A stretch of DNA of 64,000 nucleotides from assembly GCA_951406725.2 (NCBI GenBank), contig OX597820.1, forward strand, positions 48,608,001-48,672,000, read 5' to 3'. Source of the stretch: Octopus vulgaris (taxonomy: Eukaryota). Under the pieces are notes generated by a model. The model saw only the letters and a list, made by a program, of their open reading frames with translations, was not told where the DNA came from and searched no databases. Below, one piece after another: positions 50,506-63,850 of this stretch (within the stretch, counting starts at the first letter, position 1; every line of letters begins with the position of its first letter). A program made the translations under genes and the position numbers.

Positions 50506-50690
50506 ATATATATATACATATATACACGCGCACACACACAGACACACACATACACACACACATATATATATATAAAAGATTTTCTCACCTTCCTGAGCGT
50601 CAAACTAATACACCTGCTTGTGCTTATACACCTGTCTTCGTCTTTTTTTGTAAATTTCAACTATATATATGTGCTTGTGTGTGTGTATAC

Positions 50691-50785
<95 letters not shown>

Positions 50786-50864
50786 CATATATATATATAT
50801 ACATATATACATATATATACATACATACATATATATATACACATATATATATATATATTTATAT

Positions 50865-50902
<38 letters not shown>

Positions 50903-51162
50903 GTTTATGATTGTATTATGTGGATTGATACGAGTAATTTTTCAGGTGGAAATAGCTGAAATTTAATTTGTTGGTTTTGTGTGAATGTCAGTTAGCATTC
51001 ATGAAACCACTTACCATAACGGTGCTGATGTGGAAAAATCCTTGGTATAAAAAATGTAAACCTATTTAAAAGGCTAACTATCATTGAGTTAGTAGAGAAT
51101 GACTGTTCTTAAATCGAATCATTTATATTTCAGTCAGATCCTTCTCAATTTATCTATAGAGT

Positions 51163-51365
51163 AAGGCAGCGAGCTGGCAGAGTGATGAGAACGTCGGACA
51201 AATGCTTAGCGGTATCTTATACACTTATACGTTCTGTGTTCAAATTTCGCCGAAGTCGACTTTGCCTTTCATCAATTCGGGGTGAATGAAATAAGTAACA
51301 GTTTAACACCAGGATCAATGTAATCTACTTATCTTCTCTCCCCAAATTGCTTGCCTTGTGACTAA
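51163..51365 (+). mobile_element. SINE family B, diverged
   Basis: AAGGCAGCGAGCTGGCAGA...GTCGACTTTGCCTTTCATC...GCCTTGTG. Confidence 0.8.
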
Positions 51366-52797
51366 ATTTGTGACTAAATATATCCATAGAATAGCCATTC
51401 GTCGTGAATAAGATTGATAGGTATTAATCTCTTTTATCTCAAGCTGTGATCCATGGTGAGTTAGGTGCGAGTACCAATAAAAAATACTATCGAAGCCTTA
51501 TATCTCAGATCTGGTATACCATCCTATAGAGGAATCGAACAAGATCTCCTTCTCAAATTCTAACAGCATGAATTTTCGTGGAATAAAATAGATTACTTAT
51601 AGCTCATTATGATCACGGTAACCAGACCTTGCGATAACTAATTTACTTAAGTCCTGGGCTTTCACTCGAAAGACGAATAATTGGTCACTGAAATTCCACT
51701 AAATGAAATTGGTAGAATTTGCATGATCATATGTCGCTAATGCTTTAATGAAGTTAGCGTTGCTAGTCTATTGTTTTAGTATCGTAACAGGCGTAATTGT
51801 AAAATAATTTATGCGCATATACATCTATGTATTTACGTATGTATTAATGTGAGTACACACACACATACACACACAAATACAATTACTTATATATACATAT
51901 ATATATATATGCGTATGCGTATATTTATGTACGTACAAACATATATACATATATTTATCTTCGTACATACTTATGTGTGTGTGCGTGCGTGTGTGTTTGT
52001 GTGTGCAGACAAAAGCAGACATCTATATATTGTTCAATTTCAAAACATTGCGACACTTAAAATTGTCGTCTCGGAGGCAGCTGTCAGAATATATATTACT
52101 GAAGAAATGAACAGCTAGTAAGACGGATTGGAGGCCAGATTTTATCGTCTGCATTATTTTACATCTCATAGAAAAGTCACATATGATCAAATATTTAGGA
52201 AGTAATACGGAGAAGACATTCTAAGCACTTTACTCACTGAAATAGAATTTCTTTTTCCTTTCTCTGCGAAACTTTGACTATTGAAAATCTAGAGACGTCT
52301 GGTCAGAGTAATATGATATTCGTCTTGAAATTCCAAGGAGAAATTGGCGATAATCGCCAACAAAATTATGGTTTGGCTGAACATTGCTATTTACAGTTCA
52401 TTTCTGAGTTTCTTTTCATATTTGGGCTTAGGTTTTTTCAATTACTCCGCGTAAATGTTTTTCAACCAAAATCTTCTATATTTAATCGCGCCTTTAGAAG
52501 TTCTTGCTATTTGACACTGAACATGTTTGTGAATTACACTAAAGGCCATTTTAATCAATTATATCGATTCCTGTATTTTTAGCTACTAATTTTATTGATT
52601 TCAGTGTAGAACAGGAGGTTAAAACTTAGCGAGTACAAGAACAAATGGCAAACAAATATACTGGGTTGGCCACAAGTCACACACAACATAAGTTCAGTGC
52701 TCTCCGGAATTGTCAAAGACATTTCACATTTTCAAAAATTTCATAAAATAAATAACATAGCTATGAATGTACACGTACTTCTATATGATAAGCAAAA

Positions 52798-52865
<68 letters not shown>

Positions 52866-52866
<1 letters not shown>

Positions 52867-53426
52867 CCCTGATGCAGTACCAGGCAGTGGCTCTCATGGC
52901 TTCTGATCTTAACTGACTGGAAGTGTTATCATGTACATTGTTTTGTCTTGGTATAAAAGATGGGCTACAGCAAATATTCTGCTCAATACCACAGATTTGC
53001 TTGTCAGTTGTTTGACCTTAACCAGTTGAGCATGTCCATTAGTGGCTGACGATATGTGCATCTCTGATCACAAGAGCAGAAGTAGTGGGGGAGCATCATA
53101 GCCATGTGTTGAGAGGGATTCTTTGGGGTTTGAATAGTTCACCTCTGGAAACATGGGTGGTTCTTTCATTCAACATCCTTAAACAACCCTTATTCAGGGA
53201 CCGTTTGAGTGGGATGGGCTACTCAACCTGAAGAGAATTCTAACTGGGCCCCACCTGCAAGGTCATGTGCTGTTTATCTTGATATGAGATCACCATGTCG
53301 TGCACATATGGTTGTGATGCATGTGCCTGGTGTACCTTTATCAGACAGGTAGTCATGATGGGTATACTTGGGCTTCGTATATTTTACCCCAGTGTCACTT
53401 TGATGGCATGAACTGCTCTCTCACTC
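52866..53426 (+). mobile_element. ~560-bp non-coding element inserted in (AAT)n, copy 1
   Basis: GCCCTGATGCAGTACCAGGCAGTGGC...TTTGATGGCATGAACTGCTCTCTCA, bounded by (AAT)n on both sides. Confidence 0.85.
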
Positions 53427-53430
53427 AATA

Positions 53431-53522
<92 letters not shown>

Positions 53523-53523
53523 T

Positions 53524-54072
53524 GCCCTGATGCAGTACCAGGCAGTGGCTCCCATGGCTTCTGATCTTAACTGATTGGAAGTGTTATCATGTACATTGTG
53601 TTGCCTTGGTATAAAAAGATGGGCTACAGCAAATATTCTGCTCAATACCACAGATATGCTTGTCAGTTGTTTGACCGTAACCAGTTGAGCATGTCCATTA
53701 GTGGCTGAAGATAGGTGCATCTCTGATCACAAGCAGAAGTAGTGGGGGAGTATCATAGCCATGTGCTGAGAGGGATTTTTTGGGTTTGAATAATTCACCC
53801 CTGGAAACATGGGTATTTCATTCAACATCCTTAAACAACCCTTATTCAGGGACCTTTGAGCAAGATGGGTTATTCGATCAGAAGAAAATTCTAACTGGGC
53901 TTTACCTGCAAGGTCATGCGCTGTTAATCTTGATATGAGATTACCATGTCGTGCACATATGGTTGTGATGCATTTGCCTAGTGTACCTTTATCAGACGGG
54001 TAGTCATGAAGGGTATACTAGGCTTCGTATATTTTACCCCAGTGTCCCTTTGATGGCATGCACTGCTCTCTC

Positions 54073-54073
<1 letters not shown>
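53524..54073 (+). mobile_element. ~550-bp non-coding element inserted in (AAT)n, copy 2
   Basis: Colinear with copy 1, same 5' start, many scattered substitutions. Confidence 0.85.
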
Positions 54074-54131
<58 letters not shown>

Positions 54132-54132
<1 letters not shown>

Positions 54133-54533
54133 TAGTTGTCAGAGACCATGAAGAAAAAAATGCTTTCTAATTGATGTATCAATACCGGCTGATGACAACG
54201 TGTCTCTAAAAGAAATGGAGAAACTCTCAAAATACAAAGACCTGGAAATAGAGGTAACTAGAATGTGGAATCTGAAAACAGAAACAATTCCTATCATAGT
54301 AGGTGCATTAGGCATGATAAAAAAATATTCAGACAAATACATAACAAAAACACCAGGACTTACAAACACATATAACATACAGAAAATTGCACTACTAGGC
54401 ACTGCACACATCCTACGCAGAACACTTTCCATACAATAACCATCAGAGCATCACAACAAATCACAGCACATACCCAAGGCACACAGAGCTGCGCTCGGTA
54501 GTGAAGTGAAAGCACGCTATAAAAATAAAACTA

Positions 54534-54536
<3 letters not shown>
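54132..54536 (+). mobile_element. 5'-truncated Dong/R4-clade retrotransposon (RLE C-terminus + 3' UTR), family 1
   Basis: IVVRDHEEK/CFLIDVSIPADDNVSLKEMEKLSKYKDLEIEVTRMW...IIVGALG...LRRTLSIQ*; one frameshift in an A run; flanked by (AAT)n. Confidence 0.9.
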
Positions 54537-54609
<73 letters not shown>

Positions 54610-54661
54610 TAATAATAATAATGATAATAATAATAATACAATAATAATGATGATGATGATG

Positions 54662-54728
<67 letters not shown>

Positions 54729-55167
54729 TCTAATATAATAATACTCTTGTGCTTTTCCTGCGTCACAACACATGAATGAGAAAGGAAGGGGTGATCGATG
54801 AATAAGAAAGGAAGGGGTGATGGCAAATTGGTAGTGGGAGCATTACAACTCTGTGTGAATATATGTGTGTGTGTGTGTCCAATGGAAGTGGGATGGTGAG
54901 CATTCAACGCTGAAAAGAAAAATCAGTGTTTCAACTCTGTGTGAGTTTGTGTGTATGTGTGTGCGTGTACAAGGGAAGTATGTGGATGTCTGTATGTGAC
55001 CCAGCGTTCTTTCAGTAACAAAACGATGATCAACGTCACATCTCAAAAGAAAACCACTAGATAACATTGACAACTGTAATTTGATTTACCATCCATATTT
55101 ATACATAAAATACTACAAATAGCTGTCAGTTTTGACGGCACGGGGCCAGCTAGTAGTAGTAGTAGTA

Positions 55168-55240
<73 letters not shown>

Positions 55241-56081
55241 GTGGCTGAAGAGCTCTGGATTGAAAGCAGAGACTGAAGTTTTCATAATGGCAGCACAAGA
55301 TCAAAGCTTGTTTACCAGAAATTACCAGGCTAACGTTCTCCGAAACGGTACTGACCCTAAATGCAGATTCTGCGACACATTTGACGAAACGATAGACCAT
55401 CTCGTTTCGGGATGTCCTGTGCTGACACCAAACGAATACAAAAATCGCCACGATAGGGTAGGACAGTATATACATTGGAAGATATGGAAACACTACAAAT
55501 CCGACACTCCTGCTAACTGGTATGAACACCATCCTCAGCCAGTTGTTGAAGGTAAAGATGTCACCATCCTCTGGGATTTTCCAGTCAACACTGACAGAAC
55601 GATCAAGACTAATCGACCAGACATAATTGTTAAAGACAGGGAAGAAAATACCTGCAGACTAATAGAAGTAAGCGTCCCCACTGATAAAAATGTATCTGTC
55701 AAGGAATTTGACAAACTTAGTAAATATAAGGACCTGGAAATCGAAATACAGAGGATGTGGAATCTTAAAGCAACAACTGTTCCTGTTATTGTAGGTGCCC
55801 TAGGTATGATAAAAAAGGGATGTCAGAAACACCTAGACAATATCCCTGGAAAACCATGTCTCAAGGAAATCCAAAAGATTGTGCTAACAAGTACTGTCCA
55901 CATCCTTAGAAAAACCCTATCAATGTAAATGTTTGTGTTTGCGTTACATGGAGATATATCTCTACTTCCCCTCCCCAAGCTTTCAGCTATATTTCAACAA
56001 CTCTTAACCTTCACTTGCCCTAGGGCGCTGGGTGTGCCCCGGCAGGTGATTGCATCAAACATGCAGATTAAAAGTAAATGA
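55241..56081 (+). mobile_element. 5'-truncated Dong/R4-clade retrotransposon (zinc knuckle + restriction-like endonuclease + 3' UTR), family 2
   Basis: Uninterrupted frame to 55928: AAQDQ, CRFC..ETIDHLVSGC (CCHC), RHD, RPDII...IEVSVP, KLSKYKDL; flanked by (AAT)n, the known Dong target. Confidence 0.92.
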
Positions 56082-56160
56082 CAATGATAATAATAATAAT
56101 AATATTTCGTTTTTGGATTTGGTTTGCAAGATTCTTTATATGAGTCCGTGTGTTGAAGCA

Positions 56161-56344
56161 TATTCTTTTGTGTCTGGGGAGAGTCATTCTCTTTTAGTGC
56201 CTTATTATTTAACACACTCACCGGTAAAATTTCCCCTTCTTTCTTCCTTTTTTTAAAAAAAAGAAAGAAAGAAGTGGAAATTTTATCGGTGAGTGTGTTA
56301 AATAATGAGGCACTAAAAGAGAATGACTCTCCCCAGACACAACA

Positions 56345-56349
<5 letters not shown>
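56161..56349. repeat. ~190-bp near-perfect palindrome with no spacer
   Basis: TGTGTCTGGGGAGAGTCATTCTCTTTTAGTGCCT...ACACACTCACCG / CGGTGAGTGTGT...AGGCACTAAAAGAGAATGACTCTCCCCAGACACA; centre is T7|A8 at 56254/56255. Confidence 0.95.
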
Positions 56350-56415
<66 letters not shown>

Positions 56416-56744
56416 TAAATAAAATGCGAAATGTTTCGGTGCCTGACTTTTGGTCCACCCGCTATATAAGTAACAAAAGTACAGAATAACTATACAGAAA
56501 TGGTTCTAAATTTTGTGTCATTGTTTTCAAGTTAGTAATGCCTCACTAGACATGACGAATAGCATGTACCAAGATGGGATCTTTCTGGCGGATAGAGCAC
56601 ATCATTCTAGTACTGCTGGTGTAAAAGTAATAATCTGTATCTTTTCATAAAACATTTGTGATTTTTCTCATTATAATCCATAGAATCACCTCTTTGAAAT
56701 AGGAATGTCTTACGCCTTCTCACCTTGAAGTGGATAATGAGACT

Positions 56745-56903
56745 CTCTGTTCAATATCACAGATTTCTTTTTTAGTTGTTTGATCTTAGCCACTTGATCA
56801 TCTCCCCCTGTGGCTGACAATATGTGCATCTCTGATCATGTGCAGATGTATTGAGAGAATATCATATCCATGTGTCGAGAGGGATTCTTTGGGGCTTGAA
56901 TAA
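56745..56903 (+). mobile_element. Old internal fragment related to the ~555-bp element
   Basis: GTGGCTGACAATATGTGCATCTCTGATCA and CCATGTGTCGAGAGGGATTCTTTGGGG match 53042-53130. Confidence 0.7.
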
Positions 56904-56999
56904 ACGTGACAAAAGCAAAATTTGAGGGAAATATTAGCCCTTTTTCATACTTTCTAGGGAGAAGCGAATAGAAAATAATAGTTGCTACCCAAGGACAAA

Positions 57000-57483
57000 A
57001 GTCCTGTTACACAACGCTATTCTCTACTATCGACCAGATTATCAAATGCCATTATACATCGCTGATGACAATGTGCTTTCATTCTTCCCTAATTACAACT
57101 TCTTATTCATTCGGGCCCGAATACTCTACATGTCACTTTCTCATCTGCCTGGAGGTTTTCTCAGTAGGCTCTACCGACATTTGGCACAAGTCTCTACAAA
57201 ACAGTATTTCTATTTTTTCCCCTTTTTTCTTCTTTTTTCATTTCTCTTTTCTTTTGTTCCTTTTCCTTTTCTTTTTTTTCTTTTTATTCTTTTTACTTTT
57301 TATTTTATTTATTTATTGATATTTTTGTTCTTTTCTTCCCTTTTACGATCCCTCTTGATCGAAAACCTACGCCACCCCTTTTTTTTTCTTTTGTTTTTTT
57401 GTTTTTTTCATCCCCCAAAAGAAAAGCTCTACCTTGTAACTTGTCCCATCTGTGTGCAGCCCTGTGTGGCCAATAAAGAAACT
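57000..57483 (+). mobile_element. Retroelement 3' end with T-rich UTR and tail related to SINE family B
   Basis: Ends CCTTGTAACTTGTCCCATCTGTGTGCAGCCCTGTGTGGCCAATAAAGAAA; 5' boundary uncertain. Confidence 0.5.
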
Positions 57484-57599
57484 TATCTGTTGTATGTGTG
57501 CCTTGCGACACTATGTTTATTTAGAATTCATGTTTTATTTATTTCAGTCGTTGGACAACCGCCATACTGGGGCAACGTCTCGAACTGTGAAGTCTAAAA

Positions 57600-57807
57600 A
57601 TAAAGTAGCCACAGTAATTTTTTTTTGTTTTTAAGTCTGATTGTTATTTATTCAATCACAGCAAACGAACCGCTAGGTTATGGGAGACAGAGGTATACAA
57701 CATCGGTTGTGAAGCAGTATTGTCGAGGCAAACACAAATACACATATACACAAGCATATCTGTATATCTATCAATCTATCTATCTATCTATCTATCTATA
57801 TTTTCTT

Positions 57808-57854
<47 letters not shown>

Positions 57855-57998
57855 ATATATATCAAGATTAATCAGCCGAAATTGCGAAGATGATCCGGTT
57901 CTTGACTGATGATTGAGGGCTTCGAATGTCCCGTCCGTGTTTTTTGTGTCGTCTTCTAAATGTTTCACGTTCTTGTCCCAGTTTGTATATTTTTTTAC

Positions 57999-58059
<61 letters not shown>

Positions 58060-58240
58060 GTGTGGGGTGTATGTATGTACGTATATACGATGCGCACAGT
58101 TTCCATCTCCCAAATTCACTCATAAAGCAATTGTCTGCCCGCGTGTATAATAGAAGTAAAAAAGAATCGTCCATGGTGCAGCGCAGTGGGACCGAACCCA
58201 AAATAATTTGGTTGCAAATTAAACTTTTTAGCTTCTTAAT
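57600..58240 (-). mobile_element. Diverged SINE family A with a Penelope-like fragment (57860-58000) in its microsatellite
   Basis: Head reverse complement at 58085-58240, tail at 57600-57740. Confidence 0.6.
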
Positions 58241-58385
58241 CTCACATCCAAGTCCAGCGTCGATTGGCCGAAATTGTTTTTCTGTACTCCATGAACACAT
58301 CATACTTCTTCCGTTGACTGCATGATGCAACAACAGCAACAACAACAACACATAACAACAACAACAACAACAACAACAACAATAA

Positions 58386-58447
<62 letters not shown>

Positions 58448-59209
58448 GTAGATTAAAAATAATTCTTTATATTTATGGGACAGGTTATTACGGATAAAAT
58501 GTAATTTAATTCAATGTTGTATGCTAAAAATAAAATAAAAAAAAATAAATAGAAAATAGCAATCACACTCGTCAATTTAACGACCCTTCCACCACTTCTG
58601 GCATCAAACTATATCAACGTGTTGTACCAAAATATATTTTCTGGGAATATTAAAGGGGTAACGATATACTGCAAGGCTGAACAATGATGTGTTGCTTCCA
58701 CCAGAGACACTATTCAGCGCTGATGACTGGATGCAAACCAGCAGCCATGTTGTTGATTGTCTACCATGCTATTGATAATTAGCATTTCTTTTTAATACTT
58801 TTGCGCTCTTTATTTCTTTATTTCATTCCTTCAGTATTTTTTTTGTCATTGATTTATTTCAATAATCTCTTTATTTTATTTTTTTCCCCCAGTATTTCGT
58901 TTAGCATCTATTATCCAACTTCTTTCTAGATTTCTGCTTACATATTTATATATTTTAGCTGTTCATTTCTTTAACCCATCCAGTGTCAAAGACTGCTGTA
59001 GAATACAATTCTATTTTGTTAATCTCAAATGTAAAGAATCTCAGTGATAATGACAACTGAATTTTGAAAGGATGAATAAAAAAAAGAAGAAAAGAAATTA
59101 GATGCTTCAATTACTCGAAGATGAATGAAGAAATATATGGATGGATGACGTGAATGAAGAAAGAAGATAACATGTCTGAAGGATGAAAAAAATAACGAGT
59201 TGAGAAATG

Positions 59210-59231
59210 GAATGATAACAATGATGATGAC

Positions 59232-59264
<33 letters not shown>

Positions 59265-59275
59265 TAACTACAATA

Positions 59276-59314
<39 letters not shown>

Positions 59315-59435
59315 AGAAGAAGAAGAAGAAGAAGAGGAGGAGGAATAGGAGGAAGAAAAAGAAGAAGAAAAAGGAGAAGAAGAAGAAGAAGAAGAAGAAG
59401 AAGAAGAAGAAGAAGAAGAAGAAGAAGAAGAAGAA
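59210..59435. repeat. Compound (ATG)n-(GTA)n-(GAA)n tract
   Basis: Direct reading. Confidence 0.95.
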
Positions 59436-59639
59436 TAGGGACTATGGTTATTTCTCTTAACATCCACGAGGGCTCAACGCGTTGTAGACAGTTCAAGGAC
59501 AAAAGAAAGCACTTATACTCAATAAAATGTCGTAACAACATAAATAAATAAATAGATGAATAAATAAATAAATTTCTAAAAAGGAAGAGACTTAGGTCGT
59601 AAAACCTTATACAAAATTTTGGATATTGCACCGCATGAA

Positions 59640-61260
59640 ATGGTTCAAATATATCCACTCCCAGATTCTTTCCTGCTGATCATCACTGAAGTCCATTTAG
59701 CTACGTCAGTCTCGGTACTCGCGTCCACCTTTCGTAAAACATAATGAAGGGCAGCACCTCTCCCACTACTCACACTTTCCACTTCAAATAGTTATTTTAA
59801 TATGTAGGCGAAGCTTGGTTAGAGAATAAATGCCTTATCCATAACAATTTTTTTACTGCTTCGACCACACAAAAGTATTCACCAAAGAACCACTAAAGAG
59901 ACAAAACCACGCCACTTCCTTGACAAGGAAAGACAGCAGATCGATATTCAGCATAGAACCAACTGGTTGCTACACGTGACAGTAGAAATGCGATGTAACT
60001 TGGTAATGCATGAACACTAAACAAGTCTAGCAGAATCTCTTCGATGATTTGGGCACAATATGAATAAGATCTAATCCAGACGCTCTAGTTTCTAGAGAGC
60101 GTTCTCCAAACATGCAATTTTTTCGTTTAAGACTGGTAGACCAACAATTTTTGAAAATATTACATTATACCACATCGGAAAAATCTCCAGAGAAGATTGT
60201 CTTCGTTGATATCTCGATTTCTTTTCAGGCCATCGTCATTCACAGTCTTAATTAACCTTTATAGAATGCAGATATTGGCTTTCCACTCAACCAATTTTCA
60301 TCCAATAAAGTGCAGTTAGCAACTGACAACATTACTGGTGCACCATTCTCAATGAAAGAACATGTGTTCTAATATGATTAGCTTGCTTGGACAAATCACG
60401 ACAGTGAAGTGCTATAGGTGTTACCCACTTCCACCCGATAGTGAGATGATAGAGTCCTTTTAGCCTATTTCGAAAATAGTAAGACTAAACAATAGTTATC
60501 AACTCTGTGTCAATTGATAGCATGGTAAATAATCAGAAAATTTGAAGATGATTTGAAAATACCGAGTAATGCTGGTTACAAAAGAAACCCGTTCATTATT
60601 CAGTACTATATTGATTCTGATTAAATATCCCACCAAGATATATTTTTGTACGGCAAAAGCGCTTCTGAATTGGTCAAATGACTAATCAGGTAAAACACAT
60701 CTCTCATTGGAGAAAAAACTCTTTTCATCTGCTTATTAGTGAGAGCGACTACTTTGCTAGCCAGTTGCTCTTATTGGAAATCCAGTCCAGTTCGAGACAA
60801 GCTCTGAGTACCTCAAACGGACCCTTGGTCCTGTAACAGAAAGGTCACAGGCCGACGAAAATTAGTCGGAACAGATGCCTAGTTGCAAGTGGAGCAACTT
60901 ATCTGAATTGATTCATGCTTCTGAGACCCTTCGTTGCGATTTCAAACCAACACGGCACTGGCCCCAAGACATTTCAGCACAAAAACGTATAAATGAGAGA
61001 AGAGTGAGTCAAAAGGGTATACTTAATAGTCTAAATGTGTGATGCGAAACGCAGGCCGTTTATCTTGATCATTGAACGGATGACGTTGTACTTTGTAAAA
61101 TTGCAGCCTCAGAATACAAAACAAAAAAACAGCTGCATTTAAGAGAGCCATCTGACAACAATGTTCGAATCTATCATAAGCTTTCAGCTTATCCATATTA
61201 CTTAGCACCTCGTCGAATGGTCATAGATAGATCTATCGGAGATAAGACAAATTTGTTGAA
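59640..61260 (-). mobile_element. Decayed Tx1/L1-like ORF2 remnant
   Basis: Minus-strand relics in the expected order: NMDKLKAYDRFEH (LDxxKAFDRVxH), LFSHLYVFVLKCL (PLSPLLY..ALEPL), TKGPFEVLR and SAFYKG. Confidence 0.55.
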
Positions 61261-61873
61261 TTGTATATCATGTTCATGGATTTGCACTTCCATTAAATAA
61301 TATCCTTTTGATTTACTGTAAATTACGACGACTTATCACTCGCAATCATATCCTTTATTTATTCAATTATCATTGTTGTATTATGATTAGTGATATTATT
61401 CATATTAAGTCCCTTTATATTCCGAATTGGAATCTCACCGTGGTCAACGTTACCGTTCATCTTTCCAGCGTCAATAAATAAAATACTAGTTCAGAACTGG
61501 GGCCTATTTAATCGACTGTTCCACCTCTTTAAATAAATTTCTGGCAATATGTCTTTGTTAGAATGATTAGTGATGTTAATTGAATATTTTCTGAGATTTT
61601 ATATCAGGATGAATCCAGTTTGACAGAAATCAAAAACGTTCCTATAATCACACCCTCCTATCTTTACAACAATAAAACATCCCAAAGGATATGATACTAT
61701 CACCCTCTCCCATAAACAAAATAACAAAATAATGAATAACTACAGCAACACAATCTTGGACAACAATAACACTAACATCACGAAAAATATTTTTAATTGC
61801 ACTCAAAGATATCATGTTTGACAAACAAGCAACCACGCGAATAACGACGCAAAATAAAGAAACGACATTAATA

Positions 61874-61904
<31 letters not shown>

Positions 61905-62439
61905 CAAACCAGTAGTTCACTGACAACAACTCAAACATAAACTACAACAATAGCAAGAAGCATAAAAAATAATTCTAAATTGCTTCCGATTAATTAAAAC
62001 CCCTGCTTCAGTGAAGCGTAGCGAAATCATATTACTATTTTATTTTTAGTTTATTTGGTTTCAGATTCGTGGCAAAATGTTTGACACTGTCAAGGATCAC
62101 CTCACAGTAATTATTTATAATTAATAGATATAGGATTATTGATGCTTTAATTATGCCATGATGAAACTCATGTGGTACATTAATTCTACAAATTTAAGAC
62201 CTTCGTTACAGAACCTCGTGTTCGAGTTTTGATAATGCAATACGGGACCTGCGTGACTAAAGTCGTATTCAATACACCCTCAAAAATCAAAATTATGATA
62301 AATTGTGTGTTACTTTCATGTCAACTGTTAGTAACAAAGAAATAAATAACATTTAAGACAGATTCGTGTAATATATAACATTACATTATATACTATCATA
62401 TATATATATATATATATATGTCCACAAAGATCGAGACTT

Positions 62440-62535
62440 AACTGCAGCTTGTGGTGCTCCAAATCAGATATTCAATCTATGTGGGTGTCTTTTCAATACA
62501 TTGTCTGGTATAAAAGGCCACATCAGACGCCATGA
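62440..62535 (+). mobile_element. RTE-type 3' C2H2 finger relic
   Basis: NLCGCLFNTLSGIKGHIRRH. Confidence 0.45.
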
Positions 62536-63819
62536 TGTATCTAAGGTGTAAGTACAAGAGGTGGTCAAACTCTGCATAAGGAGTAGACAACCATCATGTA
62601 TACATATGATCATTGATATTTTAATTATTCAATGATAGAACACGTTTTAAATTAGTGCAACAAATTGAAGATGGTTAGTACAAAATTTTGTATCTTAACT
62701 ATTTATTCAGATCATAGTACTGCATCGATTCGAATTCATGGGAAAGCATTCTGATTGTCAAAATATATAACGAACTTGCTTTTATCAAACTATTTTAAGA
62801 TAGACATAGATAGATAGATAGATAGTTCACTATTTTAACTATCTGTCGCTATAGCAGCCACCGTGCCATTCATTGTCCTAATATTGTACGGTGGCACTTT
62901 CGAATATAGAGGCTCAGTCCTTAGATCATAATAATATGGAGTAGGTGGGGGTTCTCATTTTATACCCAGTCAACCATGCTGAAATAAAGTTATGATTAAA
63001 GGCATTCCACCTTGGTCACATCTGTTTTTTAGAAGTAACGAATCTGTCTTTTGTTGTTTTTTTTAATTTTTATACGCATTAGTTGGGGTAGAGCAGCCCA
63101 CGTGGCACTTTTCCGGAACGCTTTCACTGGTGCGGTAAAGAGCCGGGCGCACCCAAGTAGAGGCTATCGATGTTAAATCGTGTAACTTTTAAGACAGTTG
63201 AAAGAGATTTGATGATTTAGGAGACTTTGCTGGTATTTCTAGCAGATCGACGTAAAACTCCTAGATGCTCTATCATTGTCTTGCAATAATGTAGTTTGTA
63301 TCTATGCACGTCTGAGTTGGTTCTGTTTTCTATTTCGACTCTTAGATCTCATGACTGAATAAACCAAACGCCTTGTTCATTCTTCTGTGTGCTTTTAGAT
63401 GTCCTTCAAAAATCAAAAGGTAACAACGACTGGCAAGAAGACAATAGATGAGTGAAAAGCATTTAAAATTTTATTCATCTCCCTTCGTTGCAGAGCTGAA
63501 GAAAGTAAAGAGGAAAAAAGAAAAAAAGCAGATAAAATGAGACGTAACAAATTTAGAAAAATCGATATTTATATGTTTTAAATGACAAGCAAATGGAATG
63601 CAATAGCAACAATGACTTAAACATAAAGTACTATGTAGTACACAAACTTTTGAAAAACATGAAATTTATAAAATTGTTTTACACACGGAACGGGGTATTC
63701 ATTTGTAAAATAAAAGAGTTTTCCCGTGGTGAAGTTAGTAAATATGATATGTGACAGACGCCGTGTTGTAGTTGTTATATGTGTGAGCAACAGAAGGGAT
63801 CCTAAGATGAATATTAAAA

Positions 63820-63850
63820 CATGACGGAGACAGACTGGTGTCGAAACATG
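63820..63850 (+). ncRNA. Degenerate hammerhead-like motif
   Basis: CATGACGGA-GACA-gactgg-TGTC-GAAAC; same GACA/TGTC stem II as at 37335 and in the 41151 unit. Confidence 0.4.

Noticed and set aside
57900-57935. CTGATGA...GAAT-GTC as an active hammerhead
   Set aside because: No good stem II or stem I, and A15.1 is missing; kept only as a weak relic.
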